A stretch of DNA of 34,056 nt from Heptranchias perlo (taxonomy: Eukaryota). The position numbers and the translations under genes are program-made. Where the stretch lies: positions 2,480,001 to 2,514,056 of the forward strand of contig NC_090363.1 of the NCBI RefSeq assembly GCF_035084215.1, in the 5' to 3' direction. Below the pieces are notes generated by a model. That model was not told the DNA's origin, did not search any database, and saw only the letters and a list, made by a program, of their open reading frames with translations. Below are positions 33,874 to 34,056 of the stretch, piece after piece (the first letter of the stretch is position 1; each line of letters starts with the position of its first letter).

Positions 33874-34056
33874 CTGGGAAATAAATCAAAAACAGATCTG
33901 AAGTGACGGAGACTGACAGTGTAAAGCCCAGACTGCAACGAGCATGAAGCTACAGTACAGAACTACACCGATACACTCAATAATTCCAGAGTCTGAATTC
34001 CACAAAAGGTGCAATCAGATGTACGTGGAAATTCTTTTTTGTCTGCAGTCTAAACA

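Overview
Vertebrate nuclear DNA, most likely from a cartilaginous fish (shark). That call is inferred from the repeats: CR1/HER1-like LINE tails, Deu-domain SacSINE1-like SINEs and Penelope elements. The window holds four paralogous TRIM genes of the RING-B-box-coiled-coil(-PRY/SPRY) type (A33/NF7/TRIM39-69-like), with a shared exon pattern of about 411-423/96/234/23/116/~550 nt where exons are visible. TRIM-A (minus, ATG 157) shows only its RING start and lies head-to-head with TRIM-B. TRIM-B (plus, ATG 4410) has an intact RBCC, a shifted exon-5 acceptor and no PRY/SPRY exon that I can find. TRIM-C (minus, 25931..16929) is a complete six-exon gene of 476 aa with a gap-containing 28-bp minisatellite in intron 3. 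TRIM-D (minus, exons 4-6) has intact upstream exons but a decayed PRY/SPRY exon. The most striking non-genic structure is a set of Penelope-derived short fold-back insertions with 12-13 bp target-site duplications. One of them (12051-12323) is a near-perfect palindrome with a minimal hammerhead ribozyme motif on each strand. A third hammerhead sits in a GIY-YIG-bearing Penelope remnant just upstream of TRIM-C. All gene models were read by eye from the sequence, with no database or expression support.
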